From contig OX597830.1 in assembly GCA_951406725.2 (NCBI GenBank), positions 21,886,001 to 21,950,000 on the forward strand: a stretch of DNA of 64,000 bases, in the 5' to 3' direction. Source of the DNA: Octopus vulgaris (Eukaryota). Shown in pieces: positions 1 through 15,759 of this stretch. The position numbers and the translations under genes were made by a program. The notes under the pieces were generated by a model, which saw only the letters and a program-made list of their open reading frames with translations, had not been told where the DNA came from and ran no database searches. Within the stretch, counting starts at the first letter, position 1. The number at the start of each line of letters is the position of its first letter.

Positions 1-1218
1 AGAAATATAGTTTCATGTCGCAAAGAACAAATCTTATTCTGAGAGTATTATTCGGTCGAGCAGACAAAGACATCTGTTGCGAGACGTATTCTTTGGCTTG
101 GCAACAACTTGTATCTGCCACTAAAAATATAACTTGCCCTACCAACAGCATACATCTATTTGGAATATAGTTCAGTTTAGAAATAGTAGAAACCTGTTGC
201 TAGAAATATTGTTTAAGCTACCAACAGCATACATTCGTTGCTAGAAATTGAGCCTTGTCAAGTAATATCTAACATCCGTTGCGAGGGAAATAGCTTGGTC
301 TTCCAATAATACACATCACTTTCTAGGAATATTGTTTGGCTAAGCTAAACAGGTATCTCATTTGGGCTTGGGATAGTGTACACATGTTACTAGGAATATA
401 CACACACACACGCGCGCATGCATACATACACATACACACACACGCACATACACACATAGCTACAGTTTATTCCTACTCGAGCCATGCCTGGCTCATAAGG
501 GCCGGTTTCCCGGTTTCCTTGGCGTATAGGTTCCCCACCTGGACGGGACGCCGGTCCGTCGCAGTTGAGCTGCAAGATGCAGGAGGAAAGAGTGAGAGAA
601 AGTTGTGGCGAAAGAGTCAGCAGAAGTTCGCCATTACCTTCTGATGGAGCCGCGTGGAGCTTAGGTGTTTTGCTCATAAACACACACTTCGCCAGGTCTG
701 AGATTCGAACCCGCGATCCCTCGACCGCGAGTCCGCTGCTCTAACCACTAGGCCATGTACTACAATATATACCTCTGTTAACAGAAATTGAGTTTCATCT
801 CTAAATTTGACATCTGTTGCTACCTTGGCCCAGCCGACATCTGTCGCCAGAAATATATTTTGGCTCAGTAACTGTGGACGTTTGTTGCAAAGAATATAGT
901 TAGTATTAGCAACAGTAGATATCTGTTGCTAATAATATGGTTTGGGTTAGCAACAGCAGGCATCTGTAGTTAAGAATGTGGCCTGGACTAGCAACATCGG
1001 ACAACTGTTTCCAAGAATATAGTTTAAGCCAACAACAGCAGACATCTGTTGCTAAGAATGTAGTATGGGTTAGCAACAACTAACATCTGTTGCTAGAAAT
1101 ATAACTTGGCGTAGAAACAACTGACATCCGTTGCTAGTTATACAGTTTGGTCTAACAACGGCTGACATTTGTTGCAACAGTTATAGTTTGGCCTAGCAAC
1201 AGCAGGCATCTATTGCTG
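1..1218. repeat. Degenerate ~41-bp minisatellite (consensus ~AGAAATATAGTTTGGCTTAGCAACAGCAGACATCTGTTGCT), interrupted by (CA)n plus a SINE
   Basis: About 20 diverged units are visible at 1-395 and 780-1218, with recurring ACATCTGTTGCT and AGAATATAGTTT motifs at ~41-bp spacing. Confidence 0.85.
476..758 (-). mobile_element. tRNA-derived SINE (head family A, tail type 1)
   Basis: The minus strand has A-box-like TGGCCTAGTGG and B-box-like GGTTCGAATCT. Near-identical to 14668-14951. Confidence 0.85.
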
Positions 1219-1495
1219 TATAAACGTATGTGTATCACAATGTTAAGAAGATGTAATTTGTCAAAATAATTAATAAAGCATTTATCTTCTTAACTCCAGT
1301 CTTTTAATTTGAACTGTATTCCGAGTAGAAGGAACATTGTGTGTGCGTGTGTGTGTGAGTGTGTATGTGTGTGCTTGAGTGTGTCTTATACACATACATA
1401 CGTCAGTGCGTTTCTGCGTGTCGTATTTTCATATACTACCTCAACACATACACACGCGGACACAAATACATACACACACATACATGCGTGAGTAT

Positions 1496-1536
<41 letters not shown>

Positions 1537-1672
1537 TGTGCATGTGTGTACAGCAAATGTACGTAGGTGTGACACAAGTATGAGAATGTATGTGTAGGTG
1601 AGTGTGTGCGTGTCTGCGTACGTGTGTGTATGTGTGGCGGGATAGCTGTGTTTGTTTGAGCGGGTGTGTGAT

Positions 1673-1703
<31 letters not shown>

Positions 1704-1866
1704 GCACGCGTGTATATATGTATATATGTATATATATTATATGCATGGATGTGCGTGAGGTATAGGCGATAAGAAGCGTAGCAATCAATAAGTAATGCGT
1801 GTACATATTCATATAAATATTCACACGTATATATGTACATATGTGTATGCATATGTGTGTATATAA

Positions 1867-1919
<53 letters not shown>

Positions 1920-2041
1920 TGTGCTTGTGTGTGTATATATATATATACATACATGCATACATACATATATATATATATACATGTATATATATATATACAC
2001 ACAAGTTCATATATATACATATACATATATGTATGAATGTG

Positions 2042-2084
<43 letters not shown>

Positions 2085-2179
2085 GTTCATATATGTATGT
2101 GTATGTATATATATATGTATGTATGTATGTATATATATATATATATACATGTATATATCTGAATGTATGTATGTATGTA

Positions 2180-2264
<85 letters not shown>

Positions 2265-2275
2265 ATATATATATG

Positions 2276-2308
<33 letters not shown>

Positions 2309-2677
2309 ACACGATATATGCATCTACGTATGTGAGGGTGTATATATATTTCTCAATAATATTTATGTGTTATTTACAGCTTCGATGTATAACATTGTGA
2401 GTGTATAGATATGTACGTATGTATATGTATAGTCGTGTGAGGAATGTGTGTGTGTGTGTGCGAATCGGTGTATGTGTGTATGTATGATCTTAGATGTAAC
2501 TGACAACATGAAAGGTCCACCAGAAGATGATAAATACATTTTGAATATCTCTGGCTTGCCGTGCATTAAATATCCAAACATATCATTCAAATAAACTTAC
2601 ATATGTATACACATACATACACATGTAGAAACATCTGAATATGTACAGATATAAATATTATTTGTACACACACATAT

Positions 2678-2716
<39 letters not shown>

Positions 2717-2752
2717 AATGTAGGTGTATACAAATATATGTACATACATGTG

Positions 2753-2802
<50 letters not shown>

Positions 2803-2936
2803 TATGTATGTAGATATATGTGTTTGTGTGTATTTATATACACATGTATATATGTATACGTATGTATTCATATATGGTCATATATATGTATCTAGAGGCG
2901 TATATCTCAATAGTAATGAGGTGCGAGTTAAGCATA

Positions 2937-3008
<72 letters not shown>

Positions 3009-3063
3009 TATGTACATATATATATATATATATGTACATATGTACATATATATATATATATAC

Positions 3064-3146
<83 letters not shown>

Positions 3147-3771
3147 TGTGTATGTGTGTTTGTATATGTGTGTGTCATAAATACATATATACAAATATGC
3201 ATATGTGTGTCTGTGAGGGAGAGAAAGGAGAGAGAGAGAGGGGAGAGTGGGGGGTAGTATGTGTGAGAATTTCGATATTCATGTGTGTATATGGAAGGGT
3301 ACCAAAACTAAAGTCATTAGAAGATGCGTTATTACAACTGTTTCTCAAACGAACAGGTGTGTGTGAGTAAGTAATAATGTACGTGAGTATGCGTGCGTGC
3401 GTGTGTAAGCGTTTGTGTGTTTGCGTGTGTGTGTGTGTGCGCGCGCGTGTGTGTGTGCGCGTGTGTGTATGATAGTCTGTAATATACTGTCTACTAATTT
3501 TTCGCTTAGGTACGTGGGTGTTTGCTTCAAATGTCCTGTATGTATACACACATACACACGCACACACACACGCACATACACACACACATACACACACACA
3601 CATACACATACACACACACACATATATATGAATCTACATATGTATGTATGTATAATGCATTTATGTGTGTTTATGAAATTAGGAGGTATGTGCACGTTTT
3701 GGGGTATATGTGCATGTCTGTGTGTGCCCGTGTGTGAGTGTGTGTGTGTGTGCACGTGTGTGTGTGTGTGT

Positions 3772-3808
<37 letters not shown>

Positions 3809-3915
3809 CTTGCGTCTGTCTGTTCCAATGTATATACTGTCTACAAATTCAACGCTTATGTACGTGGGTGTTTGTTTCGGATGTGTTTTTGTATGTATAT
3901 GTATATATATGTATA

Positions 3916-4063
<148 letters not shown>

Positions 4064-4187
4064 TGTACATATGAATGTATAATGCATTTATGTGTGTTCA
4101 TGAAATTAGCAGGTATGTGCACGTTTTGGGGTATATGTGCATGTCTGTGTGTGTCCGTGCGAATGTGTGTGTGTCCGTGTGTGTGTG

Positions 4188-4266
<79 letters not shown>

Positions 4267-4358
4267 CCGTGTGTGTGTTGACTTGCGTCTGTCTGTTCCA
4301 ATGTATAAATGGGTGTCATGACACTGAGTGAAACATCATGTTTCATTACATATGTATG

Positions 4359-4400
<42 letters not shown>

Positions 4401-4437
4401 CGTGGGTTTATTCCTGCGTATATGAATTCATCTATGG

Positions 4438-4477
<40 letters not shown>

Positions 4478-4559
4478 TATGTTAATATACATACATACAT
4501 ACATACATACATACATACATACATACATACATACATACATACATACATACATACATACA

Positions 4560-5115
4560 TGTTATGTTATTTGTCAACTCATCGCTAATTATGACGACTT
4601 GGAACTTTTTTCTTGAGTCTCTTTTCTTACATGGTTTCGTAAATGTTTCTTCATGCCAGCTTTCGTCTTCATCCCTTTGCTACACATGTTGTACTTGAAA
4701 CCAAGTTTCTGGGGTCATTACCCCTGCTTCATATCATCATGCCCTCTCGGGTGGCTCTTGGAACCAGCAAGAGAAGGACAAAAGTTTTATGACAAAAGTT
4801 TCCAACAGCTTAGTATCTGCGTCAAATCTCCTGATGTTAAACAATCTTCTCATGGATCTGAATTTGATGTGGGTCTCTTAGTGTTACCTTTAAATGCTAC
4901 CATGAATAAAGCTGTAAAGTAACGAGCGAATAACATTTGTGCAAGAATGCTTCCTTGCCTTACTCCATCAAGGAAAGTTGCAGATAAATTACACTTAAAG
5001 AACACGCTATTCTTTATGTTGTCATGCAATGATTGTATTATGTCTGGAAACTTGTGAGGACAACCAGACTTCTTCTTTAACACATTTCACAGCTTAGATC
5101 TGTTACCCCTACATA
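4560..5115 (-). mobile_element. Degenerate RTE-clade LINE reverse-transcriptase fragment
   Basis: ORF 4850-5083(-) reads GCPHKF..IIQSLHD..GVRQGSILAQMLF, matching the RTE/BovB-type RT motifs GCP.KF..II..LH and GV(K/R)QG..LAP.LF. Confidence 0.8.
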
Positions 5116-5159
5116 CTCCGACTCTCTCATATACACACATACACACATACACACACGAG

Positions 5160-5310
5160 GTCAAAGCAACATCACTCTCCACGAAAATCTGGAAATTAAA
5201 AAACAAATATGTTGGTTTCCATTTAACGTGGAGCGTTATGAGACACACTAAACCTTTTGTTAGTGATAGATATAGCTGTAATTTCTACTGTTTGGAATTG
5301 TGAGATCGTT
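5160..5310 (+). mobile_element. Penelope-like element, GIY-YIG endonuclease C-terminal relic
   Basis: Manual translation ATSLSTKIWKLKNKYVGFHLTWSVMRHTKPF resembles the PLE motif T.LS..IW.LK......I.W.I...A.PY. Confidence 0.6.
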
Positions 5311-5658
5311 GATAGATCGGATGAACTAAGGATCAAATTGTTGTACTCTATACGAAAAACGTTTTTTTATACTTGAAACCGATAGCATAGGTTTTTCTTG
5401 AATGATGTATATGTATTTATGGACCGATAGCATAGCCCTTAATTACTTAATAATAAGATTTTTGAAATATTTTTATGGAGCTCAGCGTACCTTTCAACCA
5501 TTATCGTGGTAACAGATCATATTCAAACAACCCTTGCCAATCCTTGCACTAAGAACTGCTACAGATGACTGTAGGCTATTTGGTAACTTTTTCCGCCTTG
5601 TAATGGTAATAATACCCAATTTTTCTGCTGTTTTAACGGCGATTCTGCGTTCAAAATA

Positions 5659-6048
5659 AAGGGAAGGAAGCACTCCGTCGGTTACGACGACGAGGGTTCC
5701 GGTTGATCCGAATCAACGGAACAGCCTGCTCGTTAAATTAACGTGTAAGTGGCTGAGCACTCCACAGACACGTGTACCCTTAACGTAGTTCTCGGGGATA
5801 TTCAGCGTGACACAGAGAGTGACAAGGCCGGCCCCTTGAAATACAGGTACAACAGAAACAGGAAGTAAGAGTGAGAGAAAGTTGTGGTGAAAGAGTACAG
5901 CAGGAATCACCACCATCCCCTGCCGGAGCCTCGTGGAGCTTTAGGTGTTTTCGCTCAATAAACACTCACAACGCCCGGTCTGGGAATTGAAACCGCGATC
6001 CTATGACCGCGAGTCCGCTGCCCTAACCACTGGGCCATTGCGCCTCCA
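5659..6048 (-). mobile_element. Full-length tRNA-derived SINE (head A, tail type 2) with 14-bp TSD
   Basis: Direct repeat CTGCGTTCAAAATA at 5645-5658 and 6049-6062. tRNA-like head GGAGGCGCAATGGCCCAGTGGTTAGGG...GTTTCAATTCC. Confidence 0.9.
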
Positions 6049-6989
6049 CTGCGTTCAAAATATCACTTTCTTGTCTGTATCGTACGATTCACTTTCAACG
6101 CGTCTAAAAAAAAAAACAACAAATATAAGTTTGTTGATATACACACTTGGTTGTTATGTTTTATACCATTTATAATTTCTATTTTAATTCTAGCATTGCG
6201 ATATATTTTATAATAACTGCGTCATCATCTTTAACCACTGGTATTATAATGCTTTTTAAAGTTTTATAATACTATATAAACTTTCTGAACACTGATCCCT
6301 TTTAGTTCCTATAAACTCTGTTAAGATTTATTTATTTATTACCCACCCAAGGAAATTTTTTAATCATTAGATAATTGGACCTGTATTGGTTTAATTGATT
6401 TATTCTGTTTTAAGTAATATTGTAGCAATTGTGGCCGATATAAATATTTGGTTAACGTTTTTCTTCCTATTTATTGAGTTATTGGTTTTATTTTTCTTTC
6501 TCAAGAAGCGTGACCTTTCAATTGATAGACTCTTTGCAAATAATTAACAGATAGCGACAAATTTCGCCAAACAACATACATATATTCATATATTCATAAA
6601 TTCATAAATTTATTAATTCATTAAATTAGCACGGTATATGAAATATGCAAATTTTAAGGCGGCAATTTGACAGAATCATTAGCACAGCGGTCTAAATTCT
6701 TATTGGAATTTCGTCCATCTTCATATTTTGAGTTCAAATTTCGCCAAGGTTCGCTTTGCCCTTCATCCTTTCGGGGTCGATAAAATAAGTACCAGTTGTG
6801 CACTGGTGTCGATGTAATCGACTAGCCTCCTCCCCAAAAATTTTCAGGCCTTGTTCCTAGAGCAGAAAGGATTATTTTTGGGCGGAAGTGTATTTATTTA
6901 TTTGTCTATGCCGATCAGTCTTCCAGTCATCGTATGGACCAATTCTCTCTCTATATTTTCCTCTCAATTTTTCCTTTCTCTAAGCGCAT

Positions 6990-7495
6990 GCGTGGTTGTG
7001 TGGTGAGAAGTTTGCTTCCCAGCCACATGGTTCCCGGTTCAGTCCCACAGCGTGGCACCTCGGGCATGTGTCTTCTACAGCAGCCACGGGCTGACCAAAG
7101 TCTTGTGAGTGGATTTGGTAGAGAAAACTGAAAGAAGCCCGTTGTATGTGTGTGTTTGTGTGTTTGTGTATTTGTGTGTGTGTGTTTGTGCGCGTGTGTG
7201 TGTTTGTACGCGTGTGTGTGTTTGTGTTTGTACGTATGTGCGTGTGTGCTTGTGTGTGTATGTGAGCGCGCATGTGTGTGTCTGTGTTTGTCCCCCACCC
7301 CACCCGCCATCACTTGACAACCGGTGCGGGTGAGTTTATGTCCCCGTAACCTAGCAGTTCGGCGAAAGAGACCGATAAAACAAGTACTAGGCTTACAAAG
7401 AATAAATCCAGGGGGTCGATTTTTTCCGACTAAAACCCTTCAAGGCGGTGCTCCAGCATGGCCGCAGTCAAATGACTGTAACAAATAAAAGAGCA
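6990..7495 (+). mobile_element. SINE with internal (GT)n tract (head GTGGCTGTGTGGTAAG family)
   Basis: Same layout as 30422-30846. Tail GGCGGTGCTCCAGCATGGCCGCAGTCAAATGACTG recurs many times in the window. Confidence 0.8.
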
Positions 7496-8078
7496 AAAAA
7501 AATCAAAGAATATATTTTCCTCGCTTTTTTCCTTTCTTTTTTCCTCTCTTTACTTCATTCATCTCCTTGTCCTATTATTTTCCCCCCTTTTCTCCATCTC
7601 TCCTTTCATCATCATTAATTAAGAAAATAATAAACTAACGCCGATTAAAAATAATATTGTTCAATAAATATCATTTTAGGGCATTGTCAGCGACTGCCTT
7701 TGAACTCGTCTCGATAGGGTTAAATGTTCGATTGGCACTTACTATCTGTTGTATTTAGATAAATTCTGCCACTACTGGCCTCTCTGGAAGAGACAACGAA
7801 GTTTAATGACCTCTTATAGATCTCAATACCACTAGCTGTCTTATTTACGATCTTAATCCACGATCTACTCCTCTTCATTGACAATTTAGACACACTCACC
7901 TTAAATTTCTTAAATGTTGTTATTCTGATAAGAAATTTCACATGTTGATAATCTACTAATTAACCAACAAGTCATTGGTCACCTGTTTACCTGATTGCCT
8001 GATGAGTTGGGAATTATGTAACGTATTACATAATCTAATTTTATTTGGAAAACCCGTCGTGCGTGTGTGTGTGTGTGT

Positions 8079-8135
<57 letters not shown>

Positions 8136-8494
8136 GGAAATAGTGAACGCCCTGAGAAACATTTTTTGAAAAGGGAAAAGATAGAAAAAAAAACACTCCA
8201 CTCTTTTGAACGTCCATGCAGGAAAAGAAAGATGGTAACGTGAGGAAAAGAAAGATGGACGATGGTCGCATGCGAGGAAAGGAAGAGAAAGAGAGAGAGA
8301 AAAAGAGAAAGGGGAGGAGAGAGAGACAGATAGAAAACAGGGAAGGAGGGTGAGAGAGAGGAAGGGAACTAGAGAAGGATGGAGGAAGAAAACAGTATAG
8401 AGTAAAGAGTCGCATCAAAAAGGTGAAGAAAACTTACTTGGAAACGGATGCGTCACATTCAATTAAATAATAAATAGTAAATAATATTATAGAC

Positions 8495-9022
<528 letters not shown>

Positions 9023-9390
9023 TGGTATCTTATCTGTTTCTTTATTGGATTATTGAATAAATATGTGTAACTATATAGCGATATATCACAATACTATGTA
9101 TTGTGCGCGTAAGATAAGAAACAATATGATGGAGTTGATAGAATTAAGAGCTCACACACTCTCAGTAATAATGAATTTGTCGATCGCCAGAACAACGTAA
9201 CCCTGCGAGAAAATGCTGGTCTGGATTGAACTGTATGAACTAAAATAACGTTCTTTTGACACAGACAGTATTTTCCAATAAGGAGAGGTCATTGTTTAAC
9301 AAAATATGTGAAGAGTCTGGAAACACAGGTTGGTGGTGGGGAGGGGTACTTGTGCTGTGAGGGTGCTGCTGATGCTGTTGCTGTTGCTGT

Positions 9391-9789
9391 TGATCTGTTG
9401 CTGTTGAGCGAAGCGGTCTTCGTCCCAGAACTCGCAAGATCGCGCCTCTGTAGTGGGAGAAGTCCGAAACGTGGTCCTTTGCTATTCGTAAGACCCGCAG
9501 AAGAGAAAGCAGGTCAACCCCCGACACCGAGAGCATCGACGGATGGATGAATGCGCATCCAGGCTCAGCTATTGTGTAGGAAGTCGGGGACAAGAAACAG
9601 GAAGAAAGAGTGAGAGAAAGTTGAGGCGAAAGAATACAACAGGGGTCGCCATTACCCCCTGCCGGAGCCTCGTGGAGCTTTAGGTGTTTTCGCTCAATAA
9701 ACACACACAACGCCCGGTCTGGGAATCGAAACCGCGATCCTCCGACCGCGAGTTCGCTGCTCTAACCATTGGGCCATTACACCTCCACA
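9391..9789 (-). mobile_element. tRNA-derived SINE (head A, tail type 3) with (CAA/CAG)n tail
   Basis: The head matches 5659-6048. GCTGCTGATG occurs on both flanks (TSD-like). Confidence 0.85.
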
Positions 9790-10304
9790 AGCTGCTGATG
9801 TTGGGTTCTCCGTCAGACAGGGGACGATTATTTATCTGACTGATTTTCCCATCTTCAAATTAATTATAGGGATTCCACAAACAATGTAATTCTCATGTTT
9901 CGAATCAGCGTGACACAATGTGACTAAGAACTTAGCGTTTTAAGTACATTCTATAGAATGAAAAATGTAAGGGAGAGAGAGAGAAGTGGGGAGAGATTCC
10001 CCCACGGCTTTGACAAAAGTAATTTAAACCATAGATGAGACCCTTTTGGCATCTGACGAGATTGTGACTCCTAGGTAGGTGAACTAGTTGACTCCCTTTA
10101 GTTCAGTCATCCCGATAGTGATGTGATGGGGATAGTATTCTTGCTGTGGTGTGGGTTTATGGAGCACTACTACCGTTCAGGGTCAGAACAGGCCTGGGAG
10201 TAATAGTAGATAAGGGGTCACTCCTTGCTCCCAACAACACCAGAACTCCCGAACTGAAGCCTCACCAATGGATGCAGTTTCATGTCATACTCGGGACATA
10301 CGTA

Positions 10305-10690
10305 CCATCATAGGGGTCAACCGTCCTGCTGATGTGAATATCTCTTTGAAAATCAAAGAGAAAGAGGATAACGATGGACAGCTGTTTCGAAACCTCCAGT
10401 TTCTATATCCGGATTATACATTCACGTTTATTCCAATAATAATCAGAGCACTTGGTTTTGCGAGGAAATGCTTAACAGTCAGTCTGGATAATCTAAGGTC
10501 TTTAGAAATAAGAAACTCGAACATTACAAATACAATCTGCAAGTGGAGCAACAAAAATAGGCGATACTTTTCTTAAATCCAAACGTGACATTGCTTTCGT
10601 TATCTACTGTAAAAACGATGGAACTTTGTGTCTTTGTTAGAAACCAGCTCCTTCCTCGGAGGAGGAATTTAAATAAAAACAGAAGAGAGC
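10305..10690 (+). mobile_element. 3' fragment of an RLE-endonuclease non-LTR retrotransposon (R2/R4-like)
   Basis: The ORF reads P.DVNISLKIKEKEDN...LQFLYP..FIPIIIRALG, the E-K..K..Y and P..IGALG signature of restriction-like endonucleases. Confidence 0.65.
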
Positions 10691-11105
10691 ATACATTCAT
10701 ACATACATACATACATGCATACATACATGCATACATACATGCGTACGTACGTACATACATACATACATACATACATACATACATACATACATACATACAT
10801 ACATACATACATACACACATGCATACACATACACACATGCATATATATATACATACATATATTCATACCTGCATACATACATACATTCATACCTTCATAC
10901 ACACATATATATACATACATACAAACATATATACATACATGCATTCATACATACATACGTACATACATACATACATGAATACATACCTTCATACACACAC
11001 ATATATATATACATACATACAAACATACATACATACACGCATACATGCATACATGCATGCATACATGCATGCATGCATACATACATACATACATACATAC
11101 ATACA

Positions 11106-11136
<31 letters not shown>

Positions 11137-11304
11137 TAATAGTGACTTCGAAATTTCGGCCAGCTAAGCCCTATTCGAAGTCACCGTAAATACTGGTGTT
11201 GCAATCTTCATATGATAATTTTGGTACTCAGCAAAATATATTGAGTAATCGCTCAGTTTGATATAAAATTGATTTTATTATAACATAAAACCAAACATAA
11301 ATAC

Positions 11305-11385
<81 letters not shown>

Positions 11386-11553
11386 GTAAAAAATATATGC
11401 AAACTGGGACAAGAACGTGAAACACCTAGAAGGTATGTTTGTATGAAGGTATGTATGTATGTATGTATGTATGTATGTCTGTATGTATGTATGAAAGTAT
11501 GTATGTATGTATGTATGTATGTATGTATGCATGTATGTATGTATGTATGTATG

Positions 11554-11610
<57 letters not shown>

Positions 11611-12318
11611 CATGTTTAAAAAGAAATATATATGTGTGTATGTATGTATGTATGTATTACATACGTTAATATGTATGTATGCATTTTATGCATGTATATA
11701 ATACTAGCAAGCATGTTCCGATATTAGTATAGTTATGAATATATGATCACCATGGTGGAATGGCGTGTGTACGTGTGTGTTTGTGGTTGAGAAAAAGTGT
11801 GTTCCTCTATAATTATTCCAATAAATCATAAACTGTGACTCATTTCACGTGATATCAATGATACCAATTTAGAAGAGGTTCTTCATAAATATTGGCATTG
11901 CTGCTTCGCTTGGAACTGTCTTAGATTTCGGATATGGCCGCTGAAGTTATTAGCATTTAGCGTAGCAGTACTGACCTACATGTAGGTCGCTGGTAATACA
12001 GCTAATCCCTCATGTTTGTGCGTATGCGTGCGTGTGTATGCGTGCGTGTGCGTGTGTGTGTGCGTGTGTGTGTGCATGTGCGCGTGTGTGTGTGTGTGTG
12101 TGTGTGCTGGTATGAGTGTGTTTGTGTGTGTGTGTGTGTGTAGACAGATGTACAGATGTGTAAGTATATGTTCTATATGCATATATATATATATATATAT
12201 ATACATTCACACACACATATATATACATACGTAAATATAGAAATACATATATACACACACACATATATATGTATATACATATTATACATATATACACACA
12301 TTATATATATATATGTGT

Positions 12319-12355
<37 letters not shown>

Positions 12356-12406
12356 CATACAGACATGTATCTACGCACACACTTTCATGTATGTATACAC
12401 ACATTC

Positions 12407-12505
<99 letters not shown>

Positions 12506-13649
12506 CATATTATACATATATACACACATTATATATATAAGGCGGTGCTCCAGCATGGCCGCAGTCAAATGACTGAAACAAGTAAAAGAGAGTAAAAGAG
12601 AGTATATGTGTGTGTGTGTGTGTGTGTGTATACATACATACATGTATCTACGCACACACTTTCATGTATGTATACACACATTCGTGTATATATATATATA
12701 TATATATGAAGTTCTACAGTCTGTTGCAGTACACTGTCATATCAAGTTCTACACTAAATTTATGCATTAATTAGCATTAAAAATAATCAAATTAAGTACT
12801 TGTAATTAAAATAAGCATAATAAAACATATATACGTGTTTGTGTGTATGTTTATGCTTGTGTGTGTGTGTAAACATGTTTAAGGTATAGACATACACACA
12901 GACTTACAAAACTACATACATGCACGCAAACACACACACACATACACGCATACACACATACACACAGATGCGCAAGGTATTAGTGGAATTAGAACAAACT
13001 AGAATGATAACTTTAATTTGCACTAATATTTAAAAAGATATATACTTATTAATCCGTTTGTGTATGTGTGAGTGTGTCTGCGAGTGTGAGCGAGTGTGCG
13101 CGCGCGCGCGTCTTTGGAGCTATGTACAGGAGCAACGGACCTCGAAACGCAAGCCAAGTGGTTTATGAAGTTCTGTCCTGCTGCGTGGGGCTTTTGGCAG
13201 GTACCCTGTCCTGCAGCTCCGAGCCGACCGATGCCCTATAGGTGATTTTTGTGAATGGAGATTGTGCAGAAACCCGGCAAACATACATACAACTATATAT
13301 ATATAGGTCAAATTTATAGAAGAACAAAAGACGAAGACAGGTGTAGGAACAACAAGTAAATGGATGATTTGAACACTCGGGAAGAATGGAAAAGTCTTTT
13401 ACGTTTCGTGCCTTCGCTCTTCGACAGAAAGGAATAAGAGGAAATAGATAGAGAGAGAATGAAAATAACGCATTGAGTTCAGTGGTCACGGCGAGTTTCT
13501 TTCAGTTTCCGTTAACCAAATCCACTCACAAGGTTCGATCGGCCCCAGGTTATAGAAGAATACATTTGATCAAGGTTCTACTCCGTGGAATTGAACATGG
13601 AATCATGTGGTTGGGAACCAAACTTCTTACCACACAGCCACACTAGGGT

Positions 13650-14611
13650 ACGAGAAGCAACAGCAGCCTTCAGTGAAACTACAGTGTAGTGAGGATGTCG
13701 TTTAGTGATCCTTTGAACACGTTCATGGGATTTACATCCCATCGACAGCTACGTTTGTTTCAAGGCCAAAAGTTTCGTGATACATTATCACAAAGATTGT
13801 TTGGCAGCTATTTTTAAGTTACGTGGGTTTTGTGAGAAGGCGCTGAGTCCTGTTGAAATTTGTTGCGTACTTCATCCATCTAGAACCTACGACAACTATC
13901 TTCAGATGGTTGCATTAGTTCTAAGACCTTGTGCGAAAATGTCAGGTGGCATGACACGACCTTCGTTACTTACTACTGCAAATTTGGCGTAAATCATCCC
14001 GAGGACATCAGAAAGATCCGCACATAACCATCTATTAAAGCTCTTCTCAGACTTTTGGTCTTGGTCGAAGTTTTTCATATCAGAGGAGAATCAAAGCCTA
14101 CCATGTTCATCAAGGTTTTAAACCTCTTTCACTAACCGCTGAATACGGATTAAACGGTTTTCCTGTCTCTTTACAGATATGAATTCGCTTCTCTTCAATA
14201 TATACATGTATCGAATATCCTCGGGCAACGAAATACTGATCGTCCATTCCAACAACAGAAACATTTTTGGTGAAACCGTTCGCTAATGTACAGGTCATCA
14301 TTGATAATGTTTTGAACCCGTTGGGAGAATCGCGGTATAGACATACACACAAAAATAATGAGACCCTCCTCTGCCTCTGAAAAATCTATTTAACCCATAG
14401 ATGAAACCCTGACAGCAGGAATGTCCGAACGTTTAGGGTGTTTTTTTCTCTCTGATACATTTAAAACAATTCCATCAGAAGCTTCAAATTCCACCCGAAC
14501 TTTGTGTACAAAAGATCTTGCAACATTTAGAAAGCTGGTAACTTCTAAATCACTGTGTTCCGCACATACCACAACAATGACTGCGTGTCTTTTCATTTCT
14601 TGTGTAAGCAT
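13650..14611 (-). pseudogene. Decayed Tc1/mariner-superfamily transposase (maT/DD37D-like)
   Basis: Minus-strand pieces read EMKRHAVIV..HSDLEVTSFLNVARSFVHKVR (HTH), FSSDMKNFDQDQK, VVSNEGRVMPP.IF.QGLR and QQDSAPSHK..NFWP, with many stops. Confidence 0.75.
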
Positions 14612-14667
14612 TTTATCTACGATATGGTTTGAAAAGAGTAATATACTGATAACTTCTTCTTCTTAAT

Positions 14668-14951
14668 CCTTTTTGCCCCTTGTGGAGCATAGGGCCGGTT
14701 TCCTTGGCGTATAGGTTCCCCACCTGAACGGGACGCTGGTCCGTTGCAGGTGAGCTGCAAGATGCAGGAGGAAAGAGTGAGAGAAAGTTATGGCGAAAGA
14801 GTCAGGAGAAGTTCGCCATTACCTTCTGCCGGAGCCGCGTGGAGCTTAGGTGTTACGCTCATAAACACACACATCGCCCGGTCTGAGATTCGAACCCGCT
14901 ATCCCTCGACCGCGAATCCGCTGCTCTAACCACTAGGCCATGTGCCTCCAC
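14668..14951 (-). mobile_element. tRNA-derived SINE (head A, tail type 1)
   Basis: Near-identical to 476-758. Confidence 0.85.
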
Positions 14952-15014
14952 TATACTGATAACTAATAGTTTCAAATACCCCTCCTCCCCTGTATCTGTA
15001 TATGTATGTGTATG

Positions 15015-15088
<74 letters not shown>

Positions 15089-15759
15089 TGTATGTATGTA
15101 TGTATGTATGTATGTATGTATGTATGTATGTATGTATGTATGAATGTATGTATATTCTGAGTCACATTAGTAGCAACATGGATTTTCTCCATTTTCTTGC
15201 TCTATTAGAGAATTTGAGTAAAATTATATTTATTTATGCAGCTGAGGATAGTCCTGCATTTAAATTGATGTAATGATTGCATTGTTCAATTAAATGGAGC
15301 CGCTTGAAACGGTTATATTACATCACCTCTTGATATCCAGTTGCTTATTTTGATTTTATTCATCTTACTTTGAGTTGTACTGATGATACCGCACTAACTT
15401 GGTGCTTCAACATAAGTACCTAATTCAACTGAATCTCAATTATTTCTTTTATATATGTGTGTATGTATATATGTATGTATGTGCGTGTGTATGTATGTAT
15501 GTATGTATGTATGTATGTATGTATGTATGTATGTATGTATGTATGTATGCATGTATGTGTGCATGCATGCATGCATGCATGTATGTCTGTATGTATGTAT
15601 GTATGTATGTATGTATGTATGTATGCATGTATGTATGCGTGTATGTGTGTATGTATGTATGTATGTATGTATGTATGTATGTATGTATGTATGCATTATG
15701 TATGGGACATCGATCTTCTGGTATCGATATGCTAGGTATCTTTTCAACCGCGTCGATTT

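Noticed and set aside
7720-7941. 73-aa minus-strand ORF
   Set aside because: No convincing motif. At best a very decayed LINE remnant.
11142-11186. GTGACTTCGAA...TTCGAAGTCAC hairpin, possibly a decayed hammerhead
   Set aside because: The core needs an indel plus a substitution to fit, and there is only one copy.
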